Shown piece after piece: positions 9,003 to 18,809 of a DNA stretch of 64,000 bases. Source of the stretch: an uncultured Verrucomicrobiae bacterium (GTDB taxonomy: Bacteria > Chlamydiota > Chlamydiia > Chlamydiales > JAFEGQ01); assembly GCA_963739345.1 (NCBI GenBank), contig CAVUAA010000002.1:397378-461377 (forward strand), read 5' to 3'. The notes under the pieces are model-generated. The model ran no database searches, was not told the origin of the DNA, and saw only the letters and a program-made list of their open reading frames with translations. Position 1 is the first letter of the stretch. Each line of letters begins with the position of its first letter. The translations under genes were made by a program, and so were the position numbers.

Positions 9003-10400
9003 CTAAGAGGTTCTGACGAGCAGTTGCTGGATTTTGGCGCGGTGCGCCCAGAGTTGGTAGGTGCCCATCCCGATAACTGCGGAGAGAAGAAAATGAGGCT
9101 GTTGGCAGTCACTCCTGGCGGCAAGTAGAAAACTCCACTCTTGTGTCAGCATCGTGGTGATGACTTGGGAATCTGGCCCGCTAGAATAGTCGAAAGCTGA
9201 GCGGAGAAAACGATCTCTTGCATAGAGGTTTGCGCCTTTTTCAAGGAGGATTGTTACGGTTTCGCTGTGTTGAGCGCTTACAGCACACATGAGTGCTGTT
9301 CTGCCGGTTTTATCGGAGGCGTTTATGTCGGCGTTGTGTTGCAGCAGGACAATGACTGTCTCGGTATGCCCCTTCCATGCTGCCACCATGAGTGCGGTTG
9401 TGCCGGTTTTCTCGGAGGCGTTGACGTTAGCCCCGTGGTCGAGGAGGAGTTTTGCGATCTCGACATACCCTTTCGATACTGCATGCGCGAGTGGAGTGTA
9501 GTCGTTTTTGTCGGTGGCGTTGACGTTAGCCTTGTAATCGAGGAGGAGTTGTGCGATCTCGACATACCCTTTCGATACTGCATACACGAGTGGAGTGTAG
9601 TCGTCTTTGTTGGCGGCGTTGACGTCAGCCTTGTAATCGAGAAGGAGTTGCGCTGTCTTGACATGCCCGTCCGATACTGCATACGTGAGTGGAGTGCAGC
9701 CGTTTTTGTCGGTGGCGTTGACGTCAGTCTCGTGGTCGATGAGGAGTTGTGCTGTCTTGACATGCCCGTTCCTTGCTGCCAACATGAGTGCTGTTGTGCC
9801 GAAACTGTTGAAGGCACTGATGTCTGCGTTGTTTTGTAGCAGGACCTTGACGGTCTCGGTGTGTCCCTCGGATGCTGCGCCTAAGAGTGCTATCCATCCG
9901 TCACTTCTGGTGGCATTGACCCAGATGCCGTCTTTTTTGAGTTCTTCAAGTATTAGATCTGCTCGACCGTTCAGGGAGGCATCAACGAGCGCTAGGGCCC
10001 TTTCCTCATACCCAGCAAAAGTGTCCAGGGGAAAGAGTTCTAGGAGTCTTTTGTCATCCTTGATTGCTTCATTGCGCGATGCAGAGTTCCAGCCGCTGCA
10101 CAGGTACTTGTGCACCGCTCTGGCTGTTTCGACTAATCTGGTTCCGTATTCAAGATTTTCGGGATTCGGATAGTCTTTCAGATCGAAGGGGAGGAGTATC
10201 AGCTTTCGTTTAGCGAGTCGCTCTCTAACAAAAGCACGAATTTGTGCATTCTCATATGTCCGCTCGCCTTCCGACTGTTTCTTGCCTGTGCAAACTATTT
10301 GCCAGATGTTGCGAAGATCACGGTTTGGAAGGAACGAGAAGATCCGCTCGTAGACTTCGCTGGGGAGATCAGAGAATTCTATGTTTAGTTTGTTTTCCAT
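9003..10400 (-). CDS. F-box plus ankyrin-repeat protein (putative effector)
   Basis: N-terminal FSDLPSEVYERIFSFL F-box; ~7 33-aa ankyrin repeats. Confidence 0.9.
   Translation of the reverse strand: MENKLNIEFSDLPSEVYERIFSFLPNRDLRNIWQIVCTGKKQSEGERTYENAQIRAFVRERLAKRKLILLPFDLKDYPNPENLEYGTRLVETARAVHKYLCSGWNSASRNEAIKDDKRLLELFPLDTFAGYEERALALVDASLNGRADLILEELKKDGIWVNATRSDGWIALLGAASEGHTETVKVLLQNNADISAFNSFGTTALMLAARNGHVKTAQLLIDHETDVNATDKNGCTPLTYAVSDGHVKTAQLLLDYKADVNAANKDDYTPLVYAVSKGYVEIAQLLLDYKANVNATDKNDYTPLAHAVSKGYVEIAKLLLDHGANVNASEKTGTTALMVAAWKGHTETVIVLLQHNADINASDKTGRTALMCAVSAQHSETVTILLEKGANLYARDRFLRSAFDYSSGPDSQVITTMLTQEWSFLLAARSDCQQPHFLLSAVIGMGTYQLWAHRAKIQQLLVRTS
9410..9800. repeat. Near-identical 99-bp tandem repeats encoding ankyrin units
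   Basis: Recurrent GGCGTTGACGT and GAGGAGTTGTGC blocks at 99-bp spacing. Confidence 0.85.
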
Positions 10401-10512
10401 GGGAAAAGTATATTTCAGAGTAAGGTTAATGTCAATGCCGGAGCGTGAGTGCTACTCCGTTGCTTTAGAGGGGGATATGATGTAGTTTGTAGGTCATGAT
10501 GAGTGTGCCAAA

Positions 10513-13500
10513 ATGAATGTACCGGAACGGGCTAACCGAGTATTAAATATTATTTTGTTTGCGATGGTGCTCATTCTGTTGCGGGTTTGGCACGTGTCGG
10601 TTGTGCAGCATGACGAGAAGGTGGAGGAGGCGCGGCGGCCGCAGAGGCGGGTGCGGATCGAGAGGCCGGAGAGGGGGACGATTCGGGATCGATTCAATGT
10701 TCCACTGGCGGTCAATCGGGTCCAATATAATGCGGCGGTTAGTTACGCGCAGGTGCGAGAGGTGCCGAGGCGTGAGCGGAAAGAGTATGTGGAGCGGTTG
10801 AGTGGGTTGCTGGCGGGGGAGCTGGGGATGGAGGGGGATCGGATTGAGGATTTGATTTATTCGCGGGCGGCTCTGTTTCCCAATGTCCCTTATGTGGTGA
10901 AGGCGGACGTCGGTGAGGAAACGTATTATCGGCTTCGAATGTTGGAGAAGGATTGGTTGGGTGTGTGCGCAGAGAGGGTGCCTAAGAGGGTTTATCCGCA
11001 GGGGCGAGTGGGGGCGGACATTGTGGGATACATGGGGCCGATCTCGAGGGAGGAGTATCGAAGTGTAGGGGATGAGCTGGCGGCTCTGAAGGAGTATGTG
11101 GCGGCGTGCGAGGGGGGGAGGCCAACGGCGCCGCCAAAAGGATGTGGGTCGTTTGATGAGGCGTGCAAGCGGTTGGCGGAGTTGCAGGAGCGGTCGTATT
11201 CGATTCACGATCAGGTGGGGAAGGCGGGTGTAGAGGCGCTCTTTGATGAGAAGTTGAGAGGGTTTTGCGGGCGGCGGGTGTTTCAGCAGGATCCGTTGGG
11301 GACCTATGTACGGGAGCTGCCCGGGGGGAGGGAGCCGCTGGCGGGAGAGCGAGTGATGTTGACGCTGTCAGCGGAGATGCAGGCGCATGCGGAGAAGCTT
11401 TTGATTGAGAATGAGCGGGTGCGCGATGGGCGGAGCCATTATTTTGATCGGGATCGGGGGGTCTATGTGCCGCTGAAGCAGCCGTGGATCAAGGGGGGAG
11501 CGATTGTGGCGATGGATCCGAACACGGGGGAGGTGGTGGCGATGGCTTCCTATCCGCGGACCGATCCGAATAGCTTCATCGGGACGGGTGATCCGGTGCG
11601 GGAGCGGGAGCGGCAGAAGGAGATTGTCCGGTGGTTTGAGACGATCGGCTATGTGGGGCAGGTGTGGGATGGGGAGCGTTCGTTGGAGCGGGAGGTGCCG
11701 GGGGGTGAGGAGCTGTGCGATTTGGGGTGGGAGCAGTATTTGAAGTTTGTGCTGGCAGAGGAGGGGAGTGTGCCGGCGCTGCTGCCGAAGACGGTGGCGG
11801 GGGCTGTTGAGATGCAAGGGAGGGAGGAGGAGGAATATGATCGGATGTTGGCGGTTGATCTCTGTCGAGTGGCAGTTGATGGACGGAGATTTGGCGTGGA
11901 GCTGTTGGAGGTGGTGGGTGAGCAGAGTTTGGGAGAATATCGGGCAGCAAATCGTGCGGCCAATCAGATTGAGCGGGTGGTGCGGGAGCTGGCGCGGGAG
12001 CAGTTTCACGAGGTGGCGTTTGTCCCGTGGCGGGCGGAGGAGGGGAAGGGGTTTCTAAAGGGGAAGAGGCGTTCAGAGCGTGAACGGGGGACCTACGAGC
12101 GGCCCTATTTAGATTACTTGGATGCTGAGGAGAAGCGGCAGTTTGGGGAGTTTTGGGCGGAGGCGGGGGGATCGCTTAAGATGCTGTTTGTAACGGGGAG
12201 GTGTTTGCAGTGTGGGGTCGATTTGGAGCCCTATCTGCCCCTCTTTGGGCAGTGGGCGGATGAGCTGAGAGCGGGGGCGCACGGTGGTGAGCCGTGGCAT
12301 CAGGCTTATCGGGAATTGGCGCGAGCACTCGGGAGGCTGTCGCCCCGTCTGGGGGTTGAGTATTTGGGGACGATGCGCCGCTTCAATGAGCTCGATCGGC
12401 CGCTATCGGGCTCCTACAGGTATTTGCGGGGGAAGCGGGGGGAGCAGACGGAACAGGATCTTGCGGCGGCATTTTATCCGAGATATGGTTTTGGCTACGG
12501 CCGCTCCTACGCCTACCGGCAGGCGGCGCCTCAAGGGTCGGTCTTCAAGGTGTTGACGAGTTACGCGGTGCTGATGAATCGGCATGAGAAGGGGGCGAAT
12601 CTCAATCCGTTGACCATGGTCGATGATGTGCACAAGAGCCGTACAAAGAAGAGCCAGTGGAATGTGGGTTTTCGGTCGGATGGGACGCCGATTCCGCAAA
12701 ACTACAAGGGGGGTAGGCTTCTTCGCACGCATAGACGGAATGCGGGAGAGATCGATCTTAAGGGTGCGCTCGAGGTGTCGAGCAACTCCTACTTTGGGAT
12801 TGTGGCGACCGATGTGCTCGACGATCCGGAGGAGCTGATTGGAGCGGCAGCGGCCCTTGGCTACGGCTCGCGGACGGGGATTGAGCTGGCGGGGGAGTAT
12901 TCGGGACGGTTGCCCAACGACGTGGGATTCAACAAGACGGGCCTCTATTGCATGGCATGTGGGCAGCATGAGATGTCGGTGACGCCGCTGCAGACGGCGG
13001 TGATGCTTTCGACATTGGCTAATGGGGGAACGGTCTTTGAGCCGCAGGTGGTGGGGCTGCTCGCCGGCGTTGAGCCGGTGCGAGAGGGGAGAGATCTTTT
13101 CGCCGGTCGCCACTATCCTTTCGAAGAGAGCCTTTCGCTCATTGGTGTCGATTTTCCTCTGTTCACGGCGGGGGTAGCGAGCAAGAAGGGGCATATGGAG
13201 CGGCTCGAGCCGCGCATTCGGCGGCACGTAAAAATGCCGCACGAGGTGCGTCAAACGATCTTTTCGGGGATGCAATTGGTGACTAGCGGTGATCGGGGGG
13301 GCGCGCGTCCTTCGAGAATGCGCGCCTACAGCGACTATCCGGGCATCACTGCTGACTACCGAGCATTACACAAACAGATGATCGGTAAAACAGGGACGGG
13401 TGAGGCGGTGGAAAACATCGATCTCGATGCTGTTCATGGCACCAATACCTACAACCACATTTGGTTTGGGGCGGTCTCTTTCGAAGAGGATGAGATTGGA

Positions 13501-13641
13501 CCGGGCACCTTTGGGAGGCCAGAGCTAGTGGTGGTAGTCTACCTCCGCTATGGCGATTACGGGCCGCAGGCGGCGCCGCTAGCAGCTCAGATGGTCAAGA
13601 AGTGGCGCGAGCTAAAGCAGAGAAGTGGATCAGCGAGTTGA
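10513..13641 (+). CDS. mrdA: Penicillin-binding protein 2, chlamydial long form
   Basis: N-terminal TM, RGTIRDR, GSVFK (SxxK), SSN, KTG motifs. Confidence 0.9.
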   Translation: MNVPERANRVLNIILFAMVLILLRVWHVSVVQHDEKVEEARRPQRRVRIERPERGTIRDRFNVPLAVNRVQYNAAVSYAQVREVPRRERKEYVERLSGLLAGELGMEGDRIEDLIYSRAALFPNVPYVVKADVGEETYYRLRMLEKDWLGVCAERVPKRVYPQGRVGADIVGYMGPISREEYRSVGDELAALKEYVAACEGGRPTAPPKGCGSFDEACKRLAELQERSYSIHDQVGKAGVEALFDEKLRGFCGRRVFQQDPLGTYVRELPGGREPLAGERVMLTLSAEMQAHAEKLLIENERVRDGRSHYFDRDRGVYVPLKQPWIKGGAIVAMDPNTGEVVAMASYPRTDPNSFIGTGDPVRERERQKEIVRWFETIGYVGQVWDGERSLEREVPGGEELCDLGWEQYLKFVLAEEGSVPALLPKTVAGAVEMQGREEEEYDRMLAVDLCRVAVDGRRFGVELLEVVGEQSLGEYRAANRAANQIERVVRELAREQFHEVAFVPWRAEEGKGFLKGKRRSERERGTYERPYLDYLDAEEKRQFGEFWAEAGGSLKMLFVTGRCLQCGVDLEPYLPLFGQWADELRAGAHGGEPWHQAYRELARALGRLSPRLGVEYLGTMRRFNELDRPLSGSYRYLRGKRGEQTEQDLAAAFYPRYGFGYGRSYAYRQAAPQGSVFKVLTSYAVLMNRHEKGANLNPLTMVDDVHKSRTKKSQWNVGFRSDGTPIPQNYKGGRLLRTHRRNAGEIDLKGALEVSSNSYFGIVATDVLDDPEELIGAAAALGYGSRTGIELAGEYSGRLPNDVGFNKTGLYCMACGQHEMSVTPLQTAVMLSTLANGGTVFEPQVVGLLAGVEPVREGRDLFAGRHYPFEESLSLIGVDFPLFTAGVASKKGHMERLEPRIRRHVKMPHEVRQTIFSGMQLVTSGDRGGARPSRMRAYSDYPGITADYRALHKQMIGKTGTGEAVENIDLDAVHGTNTYNHIWFGAVSFEEDEIGPGTFGRPELVVVVYLRYGDYGPQAAPLAAQMVKKWRELKQRSGSAS

Positions 13642-14296
13642 CGAAGTGCGCGAGGATCTCTTTTCCCAGCTCGTGTGCTCGGGCTGCGGGAAGCTGTCGG
13701 TAGTGGCCTAGATCTACAAATTTCCATGTGCCGCCGGATGTCATCATCACATTGGCCGAATGGAGGTCGGCGGGAACGATGTTTCGCTCGAACATGTGGC
13801 CAAGAGCGTCGACTGCCTGTTTCATCATCTCAATCGGTTTGGCGTGCCAGGGCTTGTTGCTGTGCCAAAATTTTTGAAGGGTGGAGCCGTCGATGTACTC
13901 CATGATTAGGTAGTGTCGAACGCCCACCTCGTCCACCTTGGTCACGTAGTTATGGATCTTGACGATGTTAGGGTGGTCGAGAGCGAGCCCCATCTTAAAC
14001 TCATTCACCGACGACTCGACCATCTCTTTGATGGCGAACTGGTTCCCTGCTTGATCAGTCCACAGGCCAACCTGCCCAAAGCACCCTTGACCTAGATCTT
14101 TGACCCGAGTGAAGTGGTCGGTGAGCGGGCGGAGTGGATTGGCGAAGTTTTTCATGGCGGAGAGCGGTACGATGTTGCGCCCCACGAGGGCAGCTGCCAT
14201 CAGAATCGTCTGATTGGCCGTCTGGATCTGCACGATCTCTTCTGAGCTTTTTGCGAACTGAACAACGCCGCTCGCCAACTTACCTGTAACTATCAT
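13595..14296 (-). CDS. Short eukaryotic-like Ser/Thr kinase domain protein
   Basis: LGQGCFGQV, AIKE, HPNIVK, LIMEYIDG, DLHSANV, DLG; C-lobe short. Confidence 0.8.
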   Translation of the reverse strand: MIVTGKLASGVVQFAKSSEEIVQIQTANQTILMAAALVGRNIVPLSAMKNFANPLRPLTDHFTRVKDLGQGCFGQVGLWTDQAGNQFAIKEMVESSVNEFKMGLALDHPNIVKIHNYVTKVDEVGVRHYLIMEYIDGSTLQKFWHSNKPWHAKPIEMMKQAVDALGHMFERNIVPADLHSANVMMTSGGTWKFVDLGHYRQLPAARAHELGKEILAHFVNSLIHFSALARATS

Positions 14297-14399
14297 GGAA
14301 AGAATAATAATTGTTGTGGGTGGAAAATGCAATAACAAAGATCCGTTGACACTGGGGGATGGCTCGTTTATCCTTTGCTCACAATATTGAGGAAAAATA

Positions 14400-15845
14400 G
14401 TGTCTCAACAGACAGTCGAAGAACAGTTTGGTGCCGAGGAATATAAGTATGGTTTCGTCACCGATGTGGAGACGGAGCGGCTTCCTAAGGGGCTGAACGA
14501 AGGGACGATACGTAGCATCAGCGCTCTGAAAGAGGAGCCTGAATTCCTGCTCAACTTTAGATTGCGCGCTTTTGAGAAGTGGCTGGCGATGAAGGAGCCC
14601 CACTGGGGCCACTTTGGTTACGACCCGATCGACTATCAAAATATTACTTATTTTTCGGCCCCTAAGAAGCGACCTAAGCTCGATAGTTTGGATGAGGTAG
14701 ATCCAGAGATTTTGCGGACGTTTGAGAAGTTGGGGATTCCATTGGATGAGCAGAAGAGGCTCACGAATGTGGCGGTCGATGTGGTCTTCGACTCAGTCTC
14801 GATTGGGACGACGTTTCATAAGAAGTTGGAAGAGGCTGGCGTGGTCCTCTGCTCGATCTCAGAAGCAGTGAAAAAATATCCGAAGCTGATCGAGGAGTAT
14901 TTGGGGACGGTGGTGCCAATTGGGGACAATTTCTTCGCAGCTCTTAATTCGGCCGTGTTTACAGATGGGTCGTTCGTCTACATCCCTAAAGGGGTGGAGT
15001 CTCCGGTCGAGCTGTCGACCTACTTCCGGATCAACGATCAGGAGTCGGGTCAGTTCGAGCGGACGCTGATTATTGCGGAGCCGGGCTCGAAGGTGAGCTA
15101 TCTGGAAGGCTGCACGGCGCCCGCCTTCGACACCAACCAGCTCCATGCAGCGGTGGTTGAATTGGTGGCCAAAGATGATGCCGAGATCAAATATTCCACA
15201 GTGCAAAACTGGTATGCCGGCGATCCGAAGACAGGGAAGGGTGGCATTTATAATTTTGTCACCAAGCGGGGCAAGTGTGCGGGTGCGCGGTCGAAGATCT
15301 GCTGGACTCAAGTTGAGGCGGGAGCGGCGATCACGTGGAAATATCCAAGCTGCATTCTTCATGGGGACGATTCGGTGGGGGAGTTCTACTCAGTTGCTCT
15401 GACCAACGGTTTCATGAGGGCCGATACGGGGACCAAGATGATCCACGTGGGAAAAAATACCCGCTCGACGATTATTTCGAAGGGAATCTCGGCTGATCAG
15501 TCTCACAATACTTATCGGGGAAAGGTGCTGTTTCACCGGAAGGCGACGGGTGCGAGAAACTATACGCAGTGTGATTCGATGTTGGTGGGGAACAACTGTT
15601 CGGCCAATACGTTCCCGGTGATTGATGCGGCTAATAGCACCTCGAGCGTTGAGCACGAGGCGTCGACGTCGAAGATGAACGAGGAGCAACTTTTTTATCT
15701 GCAGTCGCGGGGGATCTCGCGCGAAGATGCGATCAACACGGTGGTGAACGGATTTTGCAAGGACGTGCTTAAGGAGCTGCCGCTCGAGTTTGCTGCCGAG
15801 GCGCAGCAGCTCCTCACACTCAAACTGGAGAGTTCAGTAGGATGA
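14400..15845 (+). CDS. sufB: Fe-S cluster assembly protein SufB
   Basis: [28 protein letters not shown] motifs. Confidence 0.97.
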   Translation: MSQQTVEEQFGAEEYKYGFVTDVETERLPKGLNEGTIRSISALKEEPEFLLNFRLRAFEKWLAMKEPHWGHFGYDPIDYQNITYFSAPKKRPKLDSLDEVDPEILRTFEKLGIPLDEQKRLTNVAVDVVFDSVSIGTTFHKKLEEAGVVLCSISEAVKKYPKLIEEYLGTVVPIGDNFFAALNSAVFTDGSFVYIPKGVESPVELSTYFRINDQESGQFERTLIIAEPGSKVSYLEGCTAPAFDTNQLHAAVVELVAKDDAEIKYSTVQNWYAGDPKTGKGGIYNFVTKRGKCAGARSKICWTQVEAGAAITWKYPSCILHGDDSVGEFYSVALTNGFMRADTGTKMIHVGKNTRSTIISKGISADQSHNTYRGKVLFHRKATGARNYTQCDSMLVGNNCSANTFPVIDAANSTSSVEHEASTSKMNEEQLFYLQSRGISREDAINTVVNGFCKDVLKELPLEFAAEAQQLLTLKLESSVG

Positions 15846-16564
15846 CGCTATTAAAGATTGAGAATTTATCGGCTGAGGTGGAAGGGAAAGAAATTCTTCG
15901 CGGTCTCAATCTCACCGTGAACAAGGGCGAGGTGCACGCCATCATGGGTCCCAACGGGGCGGGAAAGTCGACGCTGGCCAAAGTGCTTGGCGGCCATCCC
16001 GACTATGAGGTGACCGGCGGAACTGTCCTCTTTGAAGGGGAAGATATTCTCGAGCTCGATCCAGAAGATCGGGCGACCAAGGGGCTCTTCATGAGCTTTC
16101 AGTATCCGGTTGAGATCTCCGGCGTCACCAATCTCCAATTTCTACATGCGGCCTATTCCGCCTGTCACGGCAAGATGTCGTTAGAAGATTTCGAGCCCCT
16201 TCTCGATCAGCGGATGCAGGAGATCCAGGTGAAGCCTGAATTCAAGCACCGCAATCTCAACGAGGGGTTCTCAGGCGGCGAGAAAAAGCGGAATGAGATC
16301 TTGCAGATGGCTGTCCTCGATCCCACCTTTGCCATCCTCGACGAGACCGACTCAGGGCTCGACATTGACGCCCTGAAAGTGGTCGCTGAGGGGATCAATC
16401 AGCTGATGAATCCTGAGCGGGGCCTCATCCTTATCACCCACTACCAGCGCCTCCTCGATCACATCCGGCCTGACTACGTTCACGTGATGGTGGACGGGAA
16501 GATCACCGAATCAGGCGGGCCTGAGCTCGCAATCAAACTTGAAGCTGAGGGTTACGCTTGCTAG
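15842..16564 (+). CDS. sufC: Fe-S cluster assembly ATPase SufC
   Basis: [28 protein letters not shown] motifs. Confidence 0.97.
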   Translation: MTLLKIENLSAEVEGKEILRGLNLTVNKGEVHAIMGPNGAGKSTLAKVLGGHPDYEVTGGTVLFEGEDILELDPEDRATKGLFMSFQYPVEISGVTNLQFLHAAYSACHGKMSLEDFEPLLDQRMQEIQVKPEFKHRNLNEGFSGGEKKRNEILQMAVLDPTFAILDETDSGLDIDALKVVAEGINQLMNPERGLILITHYQRLLDHIRPDYVHVMVDGKITESGGPELAIKLEAEGYAC

Positions 16565-16724
16565 GCCCAAGTTCTACCTCTTCCTTTGCTGATGGCGCGC
16601 GCTTTTGGCGATCCACTTTGCCTCGCTCCTCAGACGTGGCTGGTGGCCACGCCGTTCGTCGCGATGCCCGTGTCTCGCACAAAATCACACACCCTAAGAC
16701 AAAGGAATAGGTAGCACATGGGCC
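16564..16724. mobile_element. MITE-like element (~161 bp) between sufC and sufD
   Basis: Degenerate TIRs GGCCCAAGTTCTACCT...AGGTAGCACATGGGCC; core GCCTCGCTCCTCAGACGTGGCTGGTGGCCACGCC shared with other copies. Confidence 0.8.
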
Positions 16725-17749
16725 TTGACGAATTATTTGCTACACGCTCTGATCTTCCTAAGCTCCGCGCGCAGGCGTGGGAGCGTGCGCAGGCGCTCGG
16801 ACTTCCCAAGGGAATCCGGGGCACCTACGCAGCCGCAGCCGCTCCGGCACTGCCGGCAGGTGTTGAGGCGATTCCTCTTGCCCAGGCGGCGCTCACGTTT
16901 GGCGCCTTCCTCAACACCCGCTGGTCACGGTCGCTGAAAGAGGAGACCTCCCCTCACGCCGCCCTCAACGGTGCGGTTCACGGTGAGGGGCTCTTCCTCT
17001 CCATCCCCCCAAATACCAAAGTTGAAGCGCCGATCCACCTCAACCACCACCTTGCCGCCGATACCCTTACCCTTCCTCGCGTCCACATCTTTGTAGGTGC
17101 GGGTGCGGAAGTGGAATTGATTGAGACGATCAGGGGCGATGGCCAGTGCAACGGCCTGTTTGATATCGCACTAGAAGAGGGGGCTCGCGCCACTCTCACT
17201 CTCCGTCATGATGGGGCGGTCCACTCCTCCATCCGCGCCACTCTCAAAAGAGATGCCCGCCTCAAAACCGTCGTCTATACCGAGAGCGGCGCAGTGAGTC
17301 ACGACTACCGCGTTGCCCTCGCTGGCGAGAATGGTGAAGTCGATCTGATCGGCGGCTGGCAGCTTGCTGATGATTCTCGCGTAGCAATCAACATCCACGT
17401 GGAACACATCGCCCCTCACTGCCGCTCTTCCCAACTCTTTAAAGGAGTGCTCCGCGACACCTCTCGCTCCAGTTTCATTGGCAAGATCTACGTCCACCGC
17501 GAGGCGCAGAAGACCGACGCCTTCCAGCTCAACAACAACCTCATTCTCAGCGACCGCGCCTCGGCCCACTCCGAGCCCAACCTTGAGATCTTCGCTGACG
17601 ACGTCAAAGCCTCCCACGGCTCCACCACCGGCCAGTTTGACCCCACCGAACTCTTCTACCTCCGCTCTCGCGGTCTCTCTGACGCGGCCGCCCGCGCTCT
17701 ACTAGTTGACGCTTTCCTTAAGCCAATCACAGACCAGCTCGGTGATTGA
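16718..17749 (+). CDS. sufD: Fe-S cluster assembly protein SufD
   Basis: SSQLFKGVL, PNLEIFADDVKASHG, FYLRSRG motifs. Confidence 0.93.
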   Translation: MGLDELFATRSDLPKLRAQAWERAQALGLPKGIRGTYAAAAAPALPAGVEAIPLAQAALTFGAFLNTRWSRSLKEETSPHAALNGAVHGEGLFLSIPPNTKVEAPIHLNHHLAADTLTLPRVHIFVGAGAEVELIETIRGDGQCNGLFDIALEEGARATLTLRHDGAVHSSIRATLKRDARLKTVVYTESGAVSHDYRVALAGENGEVDLIGGWQLADDSRVAINIHVEHIAPHCRSSQLFKGVLRDTSRSSFIGKIYVHREAQKTDAFQLNNNLILSDRASAHSEPNLEIFADDVKASHGSTTGQFDPTELFYLRSRGLSDAAARALLVDAFLKPITDQLGD

Positions 17750-17780
17750 TGGCCTCTCAACACTCTCGTCGCCGCCATTT

Positions 17781-18500
17781 TTAGGTTGGGCGGTACCAGA
17801 TGCGTAGCCATTTCTGGCGAGCCTTTTGTAACATCGACGTCTGTCCGTCAGCTTTTCGTTCAGTGGGAATGGGCTCCATGATCCTGACCCTTCCGTTTTC
17901 AAGGTCTGCGAGCGGTTTCTCAAGACCTAGAAGAAATTTAGTCGAGCCCGGGAGGTCGTAGGCAATATCCAGGTGGAGCGTCCCGCTCTCATTATCTTGC
18001 CATACGACTAGTACCCCATCCAGAAAGTTCTGACAAGTTGAGCGCGGGCTGACCTCCCAGATGCTTCGTTGCGCTGCTTCGGCGATGAACACATCGCCTC
18101 CATCGCGCGCCTCGCCTCTGGGGGTCGCGCCTTCTCAACTTCCCAGAACTTTCTGGATGGAGTACTAGTGTGGATCCCGGAATCCGAGGACTTCTGTAGG
18201 CAGTCAAAAATGCCATTTCGATTTAAGTCTTTAACTACGTAAATGGGGTTGGAGGGAAGATAAGTCTGGAGCGCCTGCAAGCGGTTGGGGAGGTTAATAC
18301 AGAGCAGGCGGACCTGCTTACGCCGCTCCGTCAGTTCCCACCCCGTGTAGCTCTTCATGGACCAAATGATAGAGTGCCTTATCAACTTGGGCCAGCCTCA
18401 TCGCACTCGTTGTGTCTGCCCAGAGTAAGATCTCTACTCATATGTTCTTATTGGGGAGTGCTTGTTTTGAAGATATCGCATTGTTTTCCATTTTCACCAT
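17781..18500 (-). pseudogene. Degraded F-box-like effector gene
   Basis: From ATG 18500: ...ALPNKNI*VEILLWADTTSAMRLAQVDKALYHLV (F-box-like), then fragmented ORFs in other frames. Confidence 0.45.
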
Positions 18501-18809
18501 CCTAGATAAGGATGTTTTGATCTATTATATCTAGAGTATATAGATGCTTCATAAAGAGCGCTTATTTTTTATCGCATTAACTAGTTAATTGTGAGTTAGA
18601 TGCGACTTGCTGTAAGGGCGCCCGATCCAGTTAATTGTAAGCTGCCAAATTGCGCGGTTCCGGTCAACCTTAGAGAGTGACCTAAACAGATAAAGGCGAG
18701 TTGGTTATATAGAAATAGCTCAAAGTAGAACTGGGCTGACATTTTGACGGCGGGGCGGGGTGCCCTAGCGAAAGATTGACAATTGTCGCCCGTTCCCTCG
18801 TTAAACCTA

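Noticed and set aside
10543-13275. Long antisense ORFs over PBP2 (also over sufS, secA, lipA, DegT)
   Set aside because: Shadows of skewed, GC-rich coding sequence; low-complexity translations without motifs.
17829-17840. 12-bp match (TAACATCGACGT) to the palindrome arm at 27822
   Set aside because: Single short match without its partner arm; plausible by chance.
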